57,261 nucleotides of DNA, from assembly GCA_009692825.1 (NCBI GenBank), contig SHYL01000003.1:1-57261 (forward strand), written 5' to 3'. The notes beneath the pieces were generated by a model, which worked only from the letters and a program-made list of their open reading frames with translations, was not told the origin of the DNA and ran no database searches. Positions 24,201 to 32,141 of the stretch are shown piece after piece (position 1 is the stretch's first letter; the number at the start of each line of letters is the position of its first letter). A program made the position numbers and the translations under genes. This DNA comes from Dehalococcoidia bacterium (GTDB taxonomy: Bacteria; Chloroflexota; Dehalococcoidia; SHYB01; SHYL01).

Positions 24201-24491
24201 CTGGAGGCAGTGGACGCCAAGAGCAAGTTCATGTTCCTGCTCTCTGACGGCAGACCGCAGGACAGGGGATACAGCAGGGAAGGCGTGGAGAAAGAGTATG
24301 CCGTTCACGATACGAAGATGGCGTTCACTGAGGCGCGCAGAAAGCACATAACACCGTTCGCGCTGACAGTGGACCGCACAGGCCACGACTATTTGAAGAC
24401 CATGTGCCAGGACATGGGGTATGAAGTGCTTGCGGACGTGGCGTCACTGCCAAAGCGGCTGCCTCAGCTATACCGCACGCTGACACTGTGA
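21267..24491 (+). CDS. CbbO/NorD-like VWA-domain adaptor with N-terminal helical repeats and acidic linker
   Basis: YDEWDFR...Y.PRWC.V.E, LLLDMSAST (MIDAS DxSxS), TRMGPAIRH, LLSDGRPQD; HQVAHLEYG zincin-like motif. Confidence 0.9.
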   Translation: MRAWNEKLRTIEVDLEKISPMLSDEFRRAGQQMDALDDATFFKWAQDGLDIAKHSLRSWEAASDYFRSTPNVMKKLPPTDIRLWVAPGKDLAEESAVLAGAYFRASAQTLEFLASKDLSEWATIGKSLYKGTWKSTSLAAAFYDTTPKLAKYLNLDEIARFALLLDALSVHSYDQGSECLKMVDQVFSSLEKPDRQPFLQLAAVMIDNNWRDVRTYLDLGPKIINRIRKEHRKVFLALAEATAGADNCSPLTFIVDASKALDEIAPHDHFNFITITESVLKKSPMAALEFLHSAPKVLVKIKMDQMQTWVNGGLQILAENPDGGMAYFKLESKHAIDIMEDISSTLELDKIREVLSMYCQALAGSHMQIKNSETLTEKGIGWTSIESASTEGTAIFLPPSAKKYPSKLENFGWYKILSTHQVAHLEYGSFQFSFGKQPFLFKEYLWQDLTRVTAGRKTQALSDIQRFFSIFPNKRLVSDIFMLVEDGRIDAQFKREYAGIRQTYSKIQKTALAERPPFESLPGQEALVEVLVRVSLQQGGIVRVPSQKQTLVRSIVDIARSVQVEGANVEDTAQATVLIYEIIAKVKNTPQEGNQDQSDTEVSDSEGMPSAEELKALMEKLDQEGANPKETEYKSPQKVEYRGEFKPELVQALNEMRKQNEEDSEEEDGKPEFDEEALKEMLKDSTEIEQMEGSEQDMMELTEEMIEKLMQEAASQDDQDPQAGSGQSDKDPNSDKPLTVSKPKQYLYDEWDFRAVDYKPRWCIVKERPLEEGSPDFYDKTLTGYSTLVAQIKHQFEMSQPEQFKKVKRLPDGDEYDFDAVIEAIVERRAGSTPDDKVYWRRNKIERDVAVALLLDMSASTAEAIEDGRQAEKWDYRNDPHDYMQWLRQHKEEGARRANKRIIDVEKESIVLLMKALEILGDRYAIYGFSGYGRENVEFYLIKEFKESLTNHVKARLDKVTPMHATRMGPAIRHTTSKLEAVDAKSKFMFLLSDGRPQDRGYSREGVEKEYAVHDTKMAFTEARRKHITPFALTVDRTGHDYLKTMCQDMGYEVLADVASLPKRLPQLYRTLTL

Positions 24492-24814
24492 TGAAAGTTG
24501 TGCCGACTACGACCGCTAAAGTCTTCGATGCGGTAAAAGTTTTCGCAATGGCGCACGAGACGCCTACTTACGGATACATAGAGAAGCGAGTAGGCCTACC
24601 GCCGCGAGTCGTGCAGCAAAGGCTGTACGCAATCTGGAAATGGTGCGCGAGCATGGGATACCCACATCTCAACGCCATAGTTGTTAAGGCTAACACGATG
24701 CGTCCGGGGCAGGGTTATACGCCGAACGGTCATGAGATCAGCGAATCAGAATTTCAATCCATGAAAGATAAAGTATATGCGTTCCAGTGGGAAAGCATTA
24801 CATTCCCAAATTGA
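24488..24814 (+). CDS. Small hypothetical protein, winged-helix-like
   Basis: TYGYI...VG, C...GYPHLNAIVV....RPGQGY, VYAFQW pattern; overlaps the stop of the upstream gene. Confidence 0.6.
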   Translation: MMKVVPTTTAKVFDAVKVFAMAHETPTYGYIEKRVGLPPRVVQQRLYAIWKWCASMGYPHLNAIVVKANTMRPGQGYTPNGHEISESEFQSMKDKVYAFQWESITFPN

Positions 24815-24831
24815 GGACAGGCTAAAACGAC

Positions 24832-25239
24832 ATGATTGAGCAATCAAAAGATAAGTACGCAGGCAAGCGCTTCGATGTCGATGGCGTTGAGACGATAGAT
24901 GTCGAGATACTGGAGCGCATACCGTTCGACTACGTAGGCTCGGACACAAGCATAGCGTACGAGACGGAAGAGTTTACGGCCGTCTGCCCGTGGACAGGCC
25001 TGCCGGATTTTGCGAGGCTCAAAATTACGTATGCGCCGGGGCAGTGGCTGGTTGAGCTGAAATCGCTGAAGTACTACCTCACGTCATTCCGTAACGTTGG
25101 CATCCTGCAGGAGCATGCCGTCAACCGCATCCTGAACGACATGAACAAACTTCTGGCTCCGTCTTCCATGACGATAGAGGCGTGGTATAAGGACAGGGGC
25201 GGGTTAAGCACGTACGCTGTGGCCAGCACGAAGCGCTAG
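24832..25239 (+). CDS. queF: NADPH-dependent 7-cyano-7-deazaguanine (preQ0) reductase, unimodular
   Basis: EFTAVCPWTGLPDF, VELKSLKYYL.SFRN.GI.QE. Confidence 0.93.
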   Translation: MIEQSKDKYAGKRFDVDGVETIDVEILERIPFDYVGSDTSIAYETEEFTAVCPWTGLPDFARLKITYAPGQWLVELKSLKYYLTSFRNVGILQEHAVNRILNDMNKLLAPSSMTIEAWYKDRGGLSTYAVASTKR

Positions 25240-25631
25240 TGTTTCGTTTTCTGAAACCCTTGGCTTCCGGGAACCATCGCCTTCTCTATGCCCCAGCTCC
25301 ATGACACTTCAGGCGTAACTTTAATGAATATCTTCTCGCGTCTTGGATCGTCCCGCTCAACGATTTCGCCTCTGCCGTAGACCTTCAGGCCGCGTGGGCC
25401 TCCGCCCTCAGCGATGTCGTCAATCTCAAGCGAAACCTTCGCGTTCTTACCGGCCGCCATCACGTTTTTGTACTTGCGGGTTGTATGCATGCTCTGGCCG
25501 CCGCAGTAAAAATAGGTCCCGTCAAATATGAGTGTAAGCGGCACAACATCGGGCTGGCCTTCAGGGCTTACGGTCGCGAGCCTGAGATTACGCTGAGATT
25601 TGATGTATTCGAGCTCTTTTGGTGAAAACAT
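25236..25631 (-). CDS. PPOX-class (pyridoxamine 5'-phosphate oxidase-like) probable F420-dependent enzyme
   Basis: MFS..EL.Y..SQR..RLATVSPEGQPDVVP, TRKYKNV, IDD, PRG..VYG, SWSWGI. Confidence 0.78.
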   Translation of the reverse strand: MFSPKELEYIKSQRNLRLATVSPEGQPDVVPLTLIFDGTYFYCGGQSMHTTRKYKNVMAAGKNAKVSLEIDDIAEGGGPRGLKVYGRGEIVERDDPRREKIFIKVTPEVSWSWGIEKAMVPGSQGFQKTKH

Positions 25632-25656
25632 AGGCACCCCCTTCGCTAGAGTGGCG

Positions 25657-26586
25657 CTATTTTACCTGTTTTCGTTTGCCTTGAGAATACATCGAGTATG
25701 CCATCAGCTTGTAAGCCATCTTTGCGGCTATGAATGCGCATGATTCAGGCCCCTGCGGCGGGCACAACTCCATTAGGTCGAAGGCGACAATGCGTTTGCT
25801 CTCGGCAACCGCGCGGAACAGCGCCAGCGTTTCGTACCACTGCAGGCCACCGGGCTCAGGCGTGCCTACCGCCTGCATGTACGAAGGGTCGAGCGCATCA
25901 AGGTCAACGGTGATGTAGACATTAGGCGAGAGCAGTGAGACGATCTTCTTGATGGCGGCTGCGTCCAGGGTTACCGGTGAAACGCACCGGAACTGATTGA
26001 TCTTGTTTTTCTTGATAAATGAGTTTTCTTCCGCAGAGATAGCTCTCATGCCTACCTGGACTATCGGCACCATTTCCCAGACGCGTCTGCCAACGCAGGC
26101 GTGGCTCCACTTCGTGCCGGAGTACTTGTCGCGCAGGTCTGAATGCGCGTCGAGATGAAGCACGCTGAGGTCTGGGTATTTGGACTTGTACGCTTTCACC
26201 GCGCCGCTGGTGACCGAATGCTCGCCCCCAACCATGCACAGCGTCTTGCCATCATTGGCAAGCGTTTGGCAAACACTCTGGACGCGCCGCACCATCTTCT
26301 GAGGGCTGTCCGCGTGGGACAGCAGCTCAGGAAGTGTGTGTATGCCGTGCAGGTACGGCTCCATATCCAGTTCCTGGTCGTAAAGCTCCAAGTATTGGGA
26401 TGCGCTCAAAAGCGCAGATGGGCCGTAGCGCGCGCCATTCTTGAATTCGGTCGTGCTGTCATAAGGCACAGGGAGCACAACTATTTGAGAGCTTTTGAGG
26501 TTGGAGTCCTTTTCGTCTAGCTCTGCAAAGTTTCTCGGATTGGCAAACCAGTCTTTATTTAGAGGCTGTGACTTTTCTTTTGCCAT
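25657..26586 (-). CDS. speB: Agmatinase (ureohydrolase family)
   Basis: VPYDSTT, GARYGP, GGEHS, HLDAHSDLRD, SHAC, DLDALDP, GTPEPGG. Confidence 0.92.
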   Translation of the reverse strand: MAKEKSQPLNKDWFANPRNFAELDEKDSNLKSSQIVVLPVPYDSTTEFKNGARYGPSALLSASQYLELYDQELDMEPYLHGIHTLPELLSHADSPQKMVRRVQSVCQTLANDGKTLCMVGGEHSVTSGAVKAYKSKYPDLSVLHLDAHSDLRDKYSGTKWSHACVGRRVWEMVPIVQVGMRAISAEENSFIKKNKINQFRCVSPVTLDAAAIKKIVSLLSPNVYITVDLDALDPSYMQAVGTPEPGGLQWYETLALFRAVAESKRIVAFDLMELCPPQGPESCAFIAAKMAYKLMAYSMYSQGKRKQVK

Positions 26587-27016
26587 TTCCAATACTTATG
26601 CTCGCGGGGCCAGCAAAATCCTGGCGCTCCAGCTTGACGATGTCAGTCATCTTCTCCTGGTGGTGCGGATATACGATGCCGCGCTCCACGAACCAGCTGT
26701 CTACCTGCTTCAGGTCAAAGAAAGTCCTGATTTCTTTCAGGATTTTCTCGGGAGCAAAGTCCATGCAGGAGAATACGTCTATGTTGACGTATGAGCGTTC
26801 AGGGAAGGTATGAACGGAAATATGGCTCTCTGCGATGATTACGAACCCTGATATTCCCCAGTCGTCAGGCTTTTCGCCGACATACCGGAGCACTTTTGGT
26901 TCCATTAGCTTATGCAGGTCTACTTTTGGGGGGAATTCGTTGAGGAAGTTGCGGACGAAATTTTCGCTTTCCATCTGAATACGGTTTGCGCCGTACCCGT
27001 CTATCATCAAATGCAT
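26555..27016 (-). CDS. speD: Pyruvoyl-dependent decarboxylase proenzyme, SpeD (AdoMetDC) family
   Basis: MHLMIDGYG, GISGFVIIAE-SHISVHTFPE self-cleavage site, IDVFSC. Confidence 0.85.
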   Translation of the reverse strand: MHLMIDGYGANRIQMESENFVRNFLNEFPPKVDLHKLMEPKVLRYVGEKPDDWGISGFVIIAESHISVHTFPERSYVNIDVFSCMDFAPEKILKEIRTFFDLKQVDSWFVERGIVYPHHQEKMTDIVKLERQDFAGPASISIGNGKRKVTASK

Positions 27017-27127
27017 TTCTCACCTTCATTCTAATCATGTAGATGGGATTTCCCCATCCAATGCAGCCCGCTGTTAAGCCGAGCAAACCGAATACAAAAT
27101 GAAACGTAAATCAAACGACAGACAAAT

Positions 27128-27209
27128 ATATTAGCATGGGCTATTAATTGTCACAATATATCTTCGTTTTAAACGCTATTTACTTGATACTCTTTAATAT
27201 TGCTATAAT
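27128..27209. promoter_or_regulatory. Divergent promoters for speD (minus) and the ABC cluster (plus)
   Basis: Minus: TTGTGA-17-TAATAT with TGc extension (27128-27156); plus: TGcTATAAT (27201-27209). Confidence 0.6.
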
Positions 27210-27227
27210 CCCATCCTGTAAATTTAT

Positions 27228-28166
27228 ATGATTGAAGTACAGAACGTATCTAAATTCTTCGGGAACTATCCTGCCGTTGAGGATGTGAGCTTTAAGGTCG
27301 AAAAAGGCGAGATCTTAGGCCTCCTCGGCCCTAACGGTGCGGGTAAAACTACGATCATGCGCATAATCACGGGTTACACGCCTCCTACTTCAGGCACCGT
27401 GAAAGTGGCTGGCCACGATATTCTTCACGACTCCATGGCAGCCCGAGCGGCCATAGGTTACTTGCCGGAGACCGTGCCGCTGTACACGGACATGACCGTT
27501 CGGGAGTATCTTCTTTTCCAGGCAGCCATCCGAGGCGTGCCCAATAATAAGAAGGGGCAGCGCCTTGAGGACGTTGTCGAAACTGTGCGGTTGAACGATT
27601 ACGTAGACACGCACATCGGCAAGCTGTCCAAAGGATTCAGGCAGCGCGTGGGTATAGCCCAGGCGATCATTCACGAACCAAGCGTCCTGGTTCTCGATGA
27701 GCCAACGATAGGTATCGACCCGATACAGGTTGTGGAAACACGCTCGCTTATAAAGAGCCTTGGCGGAGGTGACAGGGCAGTCATTTTAAGCACGCATATC
27801 CTCCCGGAAGTAAGCATGGTCTGCGGACGCGTCGTGATTATCAATGAAGGCCGTGTCATAGCGGAAGACACGCCGGCAAACCTGGCCCTAAGGCTTCAGA
27901 ACTCGCGACAGGTAAGCGCCGACATCCGCGGTCCGACCAAGCTGGTGACCGCCGCGATCGAAAAGATACCTGGTGTTACATCTATTCACCGCGAGAGCTT
28001 CGAAGGCCACTCGCAATATATTGTTGAATGCGGAGTCGGCAACGACTGCCGTGAAGAGCTTGCGAAAGTAGTCGTAGCAAACGGTTGGGGGCTACTCTCT
28101 ATGCAGGCCAAGGGGATGACATTGGAAGAAGTATTCTTAGAGCTAACTACACAGGAGGAGGCGTAA
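27228..28166 (+). CDS. ABC transporter ATP-binding protein (GldA/DrrA-like)
   Basis: GPNGAGKTT, LSKGFRQRVGIAQA, VLDEPT, STHILPEV. Confidence 0.95.
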   Translation: MIEVQNVSKFFGNYPAVEDVSFKVEKGEILGLLGPNGAGKTTIMRIITGYTPPTSGTVKVAGHDILHDSMAARAAIGYLPETVPLYTDMTVREYLLFQAAIRGVPNNKKGQRLEDVVETVRLNDYVDTHIGKLSKGFRQRVGIAQAIIHEPSVLVLDEPTIGIDPIQVVETRSLIKSLGGGDRAVILSTHILPEVSMVCGRVVIINEGRVIAEDTPANLALRLQNSRQVSADIRGPTKLVTAAIEKIPGVTSIHRESFEGHSQYIVECGVGNDCREELAKVVVANGWGLLSMQAKGMTLEEVFLELTTQEEA

Positions 28167-28945
28167 TGGCAGATATTTCTGCTGCGCCCGTAAAGCGTAT
28201 GCCGCGCGGCATGTTCCGCGAGATGACACGCAACACCTACGCAATAACCTGGAAAGAGCTCAAAGCCTATTTCACACAGCCAATGGCTTACGTTGTGGCA
28301 GTGGTATTCATAGCCATAACCGGGTTCTTTTTTGTAGATTCCCTTTCCGGTCCGCTCCCGCTGGCTAACCTGTACGGATATTTAAGAGAGATACGATGGG
28401 TATTGCTCGTGCTGGTCATGGGCGCCGTCCTTACTATGCGCTCCATAGCTGAAGAGCAGAAGATGGGAACTCTGGAATTGCTTTTGACTTCCCCGGTTAG
28501 AGACTGGGAGATAGTTCTGGGTAAATATATCGCCACTCTTATATTCTTCTATGCCCTGCTCTTGCTTACTATGTTCTACCCACTGCTCCTAAAGATTTTC
28601 GCTTCACCTGACATGGGGCCTATATGGACCGGATACCTGGGGATCGCGCTTGCGGGTGCGATGTTCCTCGCGATAGGGATACTGGCCTCGTCACTTACGA
28701 ATAACCAGATAGTCGCCGCCGTGCTGACACTCGGAATCCTGTTCGGCCTCTGGTTCTTATACTTGGCTGAGGGCTTTATCGGTGGACTGCCGGGCAGCGC
28801 ATTTGTATATATATCTCCCAGAAGTCATTACGACGCGCTGGTGCGAGGTATTCTGGACACTGGCTCAATAGTCTATTTCATTACGGTTACGATTTCGGCG
28901 CTCTTCGTTGCTACCAGGTCGCTTGAATCTAGGCGCTGGAGGTAA
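28166..28945 (+). CDS. ABC-2 type permease (GldF-like)
   Basis: KEL..YF..P.AY, TMRSIAEEQKMGTLELLLTSP, IVLGKY; start at ATG overlapping the upstream stop. Confidence 0.9.
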   Translation: MADISAAPVKRMPRGMFREMTRNTYAITWKELKAYFTQPMAYVVAVVFIAITGFFFVDSLSGPLPLANLYGYLREIRWVLLVLVMGAVLTMRSIAEEQKMGTLELLLTSPVRDWEIVLGKYIATLIFFYALLLLTMFYPLLLKIFASPDMGPIWTGYLGIALAGAMFLAIGILASSLTNNQIVAAVLTLGILFGLWFLYLAEGFIGGLPGSAFVYISPRSHYDALVRGILDTGSIVYFITVTISALFVATRSLESRRWR

Positions 28946-28946
28946 G

Positions 28947-30671
28947 ATGAGCACGGATCAGGGCAAAGGACAAGAGCCGAAGACCAGACGCGCGAGGCAG
29001 GCCGCAGCAGAAGCCGCGCGCCAGGCTGAAGCAGACGCGAAGAAGCAGACCGCAAGCCAGCCCAATGTTGTCTACAGGGTGGCTTCTACATTCGGCCCAA
29101 CCAGCTTGCTGCTTGCATTTATCGGCATCGTAGCGCTTGCCGCTGCCGGCGTTACATATCTTATTTCTCCTGACGAGCTGCGAACGTCAGCGATAATCCT
29201 CGCGAGCATAGGCGGCTTCTTCATACTGCTGTTCATCTTTGCCGCTTACAGCCAGATACGAGCAACTGTTACCGGCAGGTCCGGACGCTACGGTGCTAAC
29301 ACGTTTGTGATGATCGGCGCTTTCCTGGGGATAATAACCTTCGTTAATTTTATTGCCGGACATAACAGTTTCAGGTACGATGCGACAGCCAATAAGCAAC
29401 TTTCCCTGGCGCCCCAGACTATCAAGGTTGTTGAGGAGCTTCCGGAAAATGTGGACGTGGTCGCGTTCTTCAACCCGGACGATGCGCTAACGGTAGCTCA
29501 GGCTGATTCGATACGCGACCTGCTCACCGAGTACAAGCGCCGCTCAGACAAATTTTCATTCCGCTTCGTTGACCCAGACGCCAGGCCTACCATAGCGCGC
29601 CAGCTTGGAGTCACGTCAGTTCCTACGATCGCGTTCGCCACAACAAGCAGGGCTGTGCATGTGCCGCTGCCGCCTCCAGGCACGACCATCAATCCGTCAG
29701 AGCGCGACTTCACTACTGCGCTACTTATCGTGACTGGACAGCAGCAGAAGAAGATATATTTCCTTACGGGTCACGGTGAACGTGACCCTGACGATACGAC
29801 GAAGCCTGACGGGTTCGGCATTGCCAAGTCGGGGTTGTTGAGTGACAACTACGCCGTAGAGACACTTAGCCTAGCAACGCAGGAAACTTCAGTAGTACCG
29901 AACGACACATCCGTAATTGTTATCGCAGGTCCCAAAAAAGACCTTAGCGAGGTTGAAACGGCCGCCTTATTCAGTTACCTTACTAAGGGCGGTAAGATTA
30001 TGTTCCTGCTTGAGCCCAACCCCCCAGCGGCGTTCAAGGACCTGTTATTTAAGTATGCCATCGGATTCGCGAGAGGCGCAGTTGTAGACCCGGCGAGCTC
30101 GCTTAAGGAAGATCGCAAGTCTATTCTTCTGGCGGCCGGACAGTTTGCGGATGATTCCATCACAAATCAACTTAACGGCATGCTTCTATCCGGCTCCACG
30201 GAAGTCCACCGCACGATTGAAAAGGACAAAGCGACTCTCTTGGTCAAGCCTTTACTTCAGTCAACCGGTAGTTCCTGGCAGGAGTCGGATGCGCTTGAGG
30301 AGAATTTCGACAGAGGTCTGGATAAGCCTGGCCCGCTTACAGTCGGAGTCGTTGTTAATTCGACTGCGCCTATCGGTCAGGAAGACAGTCCCATCGATCC
30401 CAACAATCCGACAAGAATGATTGTCATCGGTGATGCCGATTTTGCGGCCAACAGATTTTATGCTTACAGAAGCAATTCAGACATGTTCCTCAACTCTATA
30501 AACTGGCTTGCCCAGGATACACAGCTGATTTCGATCAGACCCAAACCGGTCGTGTTCCGTCAGCTTGTAGTGAACCGCCGCGAGTGGAACGTCATCAGGT
30601 TCTCCAGTTGGCTTCTTATGCCAATCGGCGTGGCGATAGTTGGCGGATACGTCTGGTGGCGCCGTCGTTAA
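28947..30671 (+). CDS. GldG-like ABC transporter auxiliary protein
   Basis: RYDAT.NK..SL..QT, FVDPD, IYFLTGHGE, IAGPKKDL, VIGDADF, N.INWL..D..LISIRPK, VWWRRR C-terminus. Confidence 0.88.
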   Translation: MSTDQGKGQEPKTRRARQAAAEAARQAEADAKKQTASQPNVVYRVASTFGPTSLLLAFIGIVALAAAGVTYLISPDELRTSAIILASIGGFFILLFIFAAYSQIRATVTGRSGRYGANTFVMIGAFLGIITFVNFIAGHNSFRYDATANKQLSLAPQTIKVVEELPENVDVVAFFNPDDALTVAQADSIRDLLTEYKRRSDKFSFRFVDPDARPTIARQLGVTSVPTIAFATTSRAVHVPLPPPGTTINPSERDFTTALLIVTGQQQKKIYFLTGHGERDPDDTTKPDGFGIAKSGLLSDNYAVETLSLATQETSVVPNDTSVIVIAGPKKDLSEVETAALFSYLTKGGKIMFLLEPNPPAAFKDLLFKYAIGFARGAVVDPASSLKEDRKSILLAAGQFADDSITNQLNGMLLSGSTEVHRTIEKDKATLLVKPLLQSTGSSWQESDALEENFDRGLDKPGPLTVGVVVNSTAPIGQEDSPIDPNNPTRMIVIGDADFAANRFYAYRSNSDMFLNSINWLAQDTQLISIRPKPVVFRQLVVNRREWNVIRFSSWLLMPIGVAIVGGYVWWRRR

Positions 30672-30683
30672 CGTAAATCAAAT

Positions 30684-31775
30684 ATGAACGTTCGTTTAAC
30701 AATACTGCTCTTAATCGCTCTCATCATTGCCGCACCTGTTGGATGGGTGTATGGACGCGGGCCGAAAGCATTGAACGGCCCCAAGGGTATACAACCTTTC
30801 AAATTCTACTCGCTTGAAATTAAAGGCCCTGATTCTAGAGGCGCTGATAGGACTGTAAAAGAGGGTTCGGACAGAATAGAGAGCGTCCGAGTAAGCCATC
30901 TCGGCCAGACGGTTAAATTCGTCAAGGACGAAACGGGTGATTACCACTTCGATACTTCTGACGGGACGCTTGTGGATGCAGGCAGATGGGGAGGCATAAC
31001 ACTTCTCCTGGCAGCCACGCAGGCTAAGAGGGTATTCCAGGAGCCGGTGGAAAGCCTCGAAGCCTATGGGCTTGCTGAACCACTCACAATTCTGGATATT
31101 GAGACGTCGGGCATTGCAGTGAATGCATCAGATATAACAGGCAATCTTGTGGTACCTTCGGCTGGCAAGGGAATCACTGGGACTGGCGATGGCGGAACCA
31201 ATGTTTATATAAAAGTTGTAACCGTAATGAAAATTACGAATGAAGCGCCAAGCTCCGACCCTAAAAAGCCGCAAAGAACAGTTGAAACAAACACTGTATC
31301 GGGGACGGTAAGGAAAATAAATATTCCTCAGGGCGCTACAAATTCCATCAATCTGACTTTCGACGGTGTCGAAAGCGCAACTGAATACAAAGTGTATATC
31401 GCTAAAGCAGACGCAAACGGCGGATTATCCAGCGATACCAAGTTCTTTCTTTCAATAACCCTGGACCCTGCAAAGGTTACAAACATTGTCGGGAATGTGG
31501 AATACAAACTGGAAGCAGTGCCCACCACAGGTGAAGTCGCCCCATCTGACGCAAGGTCAGTGGTATTCGGTGTTCAGCTCGGTGATAAAACGCCAGACGG
31601 TGCCAACTACTACGTGCAATGGCGCAGGCACCCCGAACCCGGGACTGACGGCCCCATAACTATCGATCCACAGATATGGCTTGTGGACGCTACGTGGGGT
31701 GATGTGCTTGCGAGACTGGTTACAGAGCCTCCATATCCAGGTACAAGCGGCAGCGCCGAAGAATTTAGCGGATAG
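30684..31775 (+). CDS. Membrane-anchored DUF4340-like protein with a beta-rich insertion
   Basis: N-terminal anchor; L..YGLAEP and LGDKTPDG..YY motifs typical of the gene following gldG-like genes. Confidence 0.6.
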   Translation: MNVRLTILLLIALIIAAPVGWVYGRGPKALNGPKGIQPFKFYSLEIKGPDSRGADRTVKEGSDRIESVRVSHLGQTVKFVKDETGDYHFDTSDGTLVDAGRWGGITLLLAATQAKRVFQEPVESLEAYGLAEPLTILDIETSGIAVNASDITGNLVVPSAGKGITGTGDGGTNVYIKVVTVMKITNEAPSSDPKKPQRTVETNTVSGTVRKINIPQGATNSINLTFDGVESATEYKVYIAKADANGGLSSDTKFFLSITLDPAKVTNIVGNVEYKLEAVPTTGEVAPSDARSVVFGVQLGDKTPDGANYYVQWRRHPEPGTDGPITIDPQIWLVDATWGDVLARLVTEPPYPGTSGSAEEFSG

Positions 31776-31839
31776 TAGCTTCTTGCTACCACATTCTGTA
31801 GGCATATAATGCATACGAATATTTTTTTGGAGAACAGTC

Positions 31840-32133
31840 TTGGCTAAAAAGGTTTATTTATATCTGGACCCGGGGAACTCGATGGGAAAGAAGATGAAAG
31901 AATTCCTGTGGAGTAAGGGTATAAATTTCATTGAGCTTGACCTTGCAAAGGATCCGGCCGCCAGAGAAGCGGTAAAGAAGTTTGGCTTTACATTTACGCC
32001 AGGCATCCCAATACCCCCGATAGCCCAGGTAGACGGTCAAACGATTATCGGTATGGACCTGTACGCGTTCGATAAGCTGCTCAGGAGCGAAGAAACTACG
32101 CCAAGGGACTCACGCTCTAAGCCAGGGATGTAA
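31840..32133 (+). CDS. Glutaredoxin/NrdH-fold protein lacking CxxC (TTG start)
   Basis: KVYLY....KK.KEFL..KGI.F.E.D...DP.A, P...VDGQTIIG.D; upstream GGAG SD and TTGCTA-16-TATAAT promoter. Confidence 0.72.
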   Translation: MAKKVYLYLDPGNSMGKKMKEFLWSKGINFIELDLAKDPAAREAVKKFGFTFTPGIPIPPIAQVDGQTIIGMDLYAFDKLLRSEETTPRDSRSKPGM

Positions 32134-32141
32134 GGCTCAGC

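Noticed and set aside
31840-32133. Selenocysteine-containing glutaredoxin
   Set aside because: No in-frame TGA at or near the active-site position.
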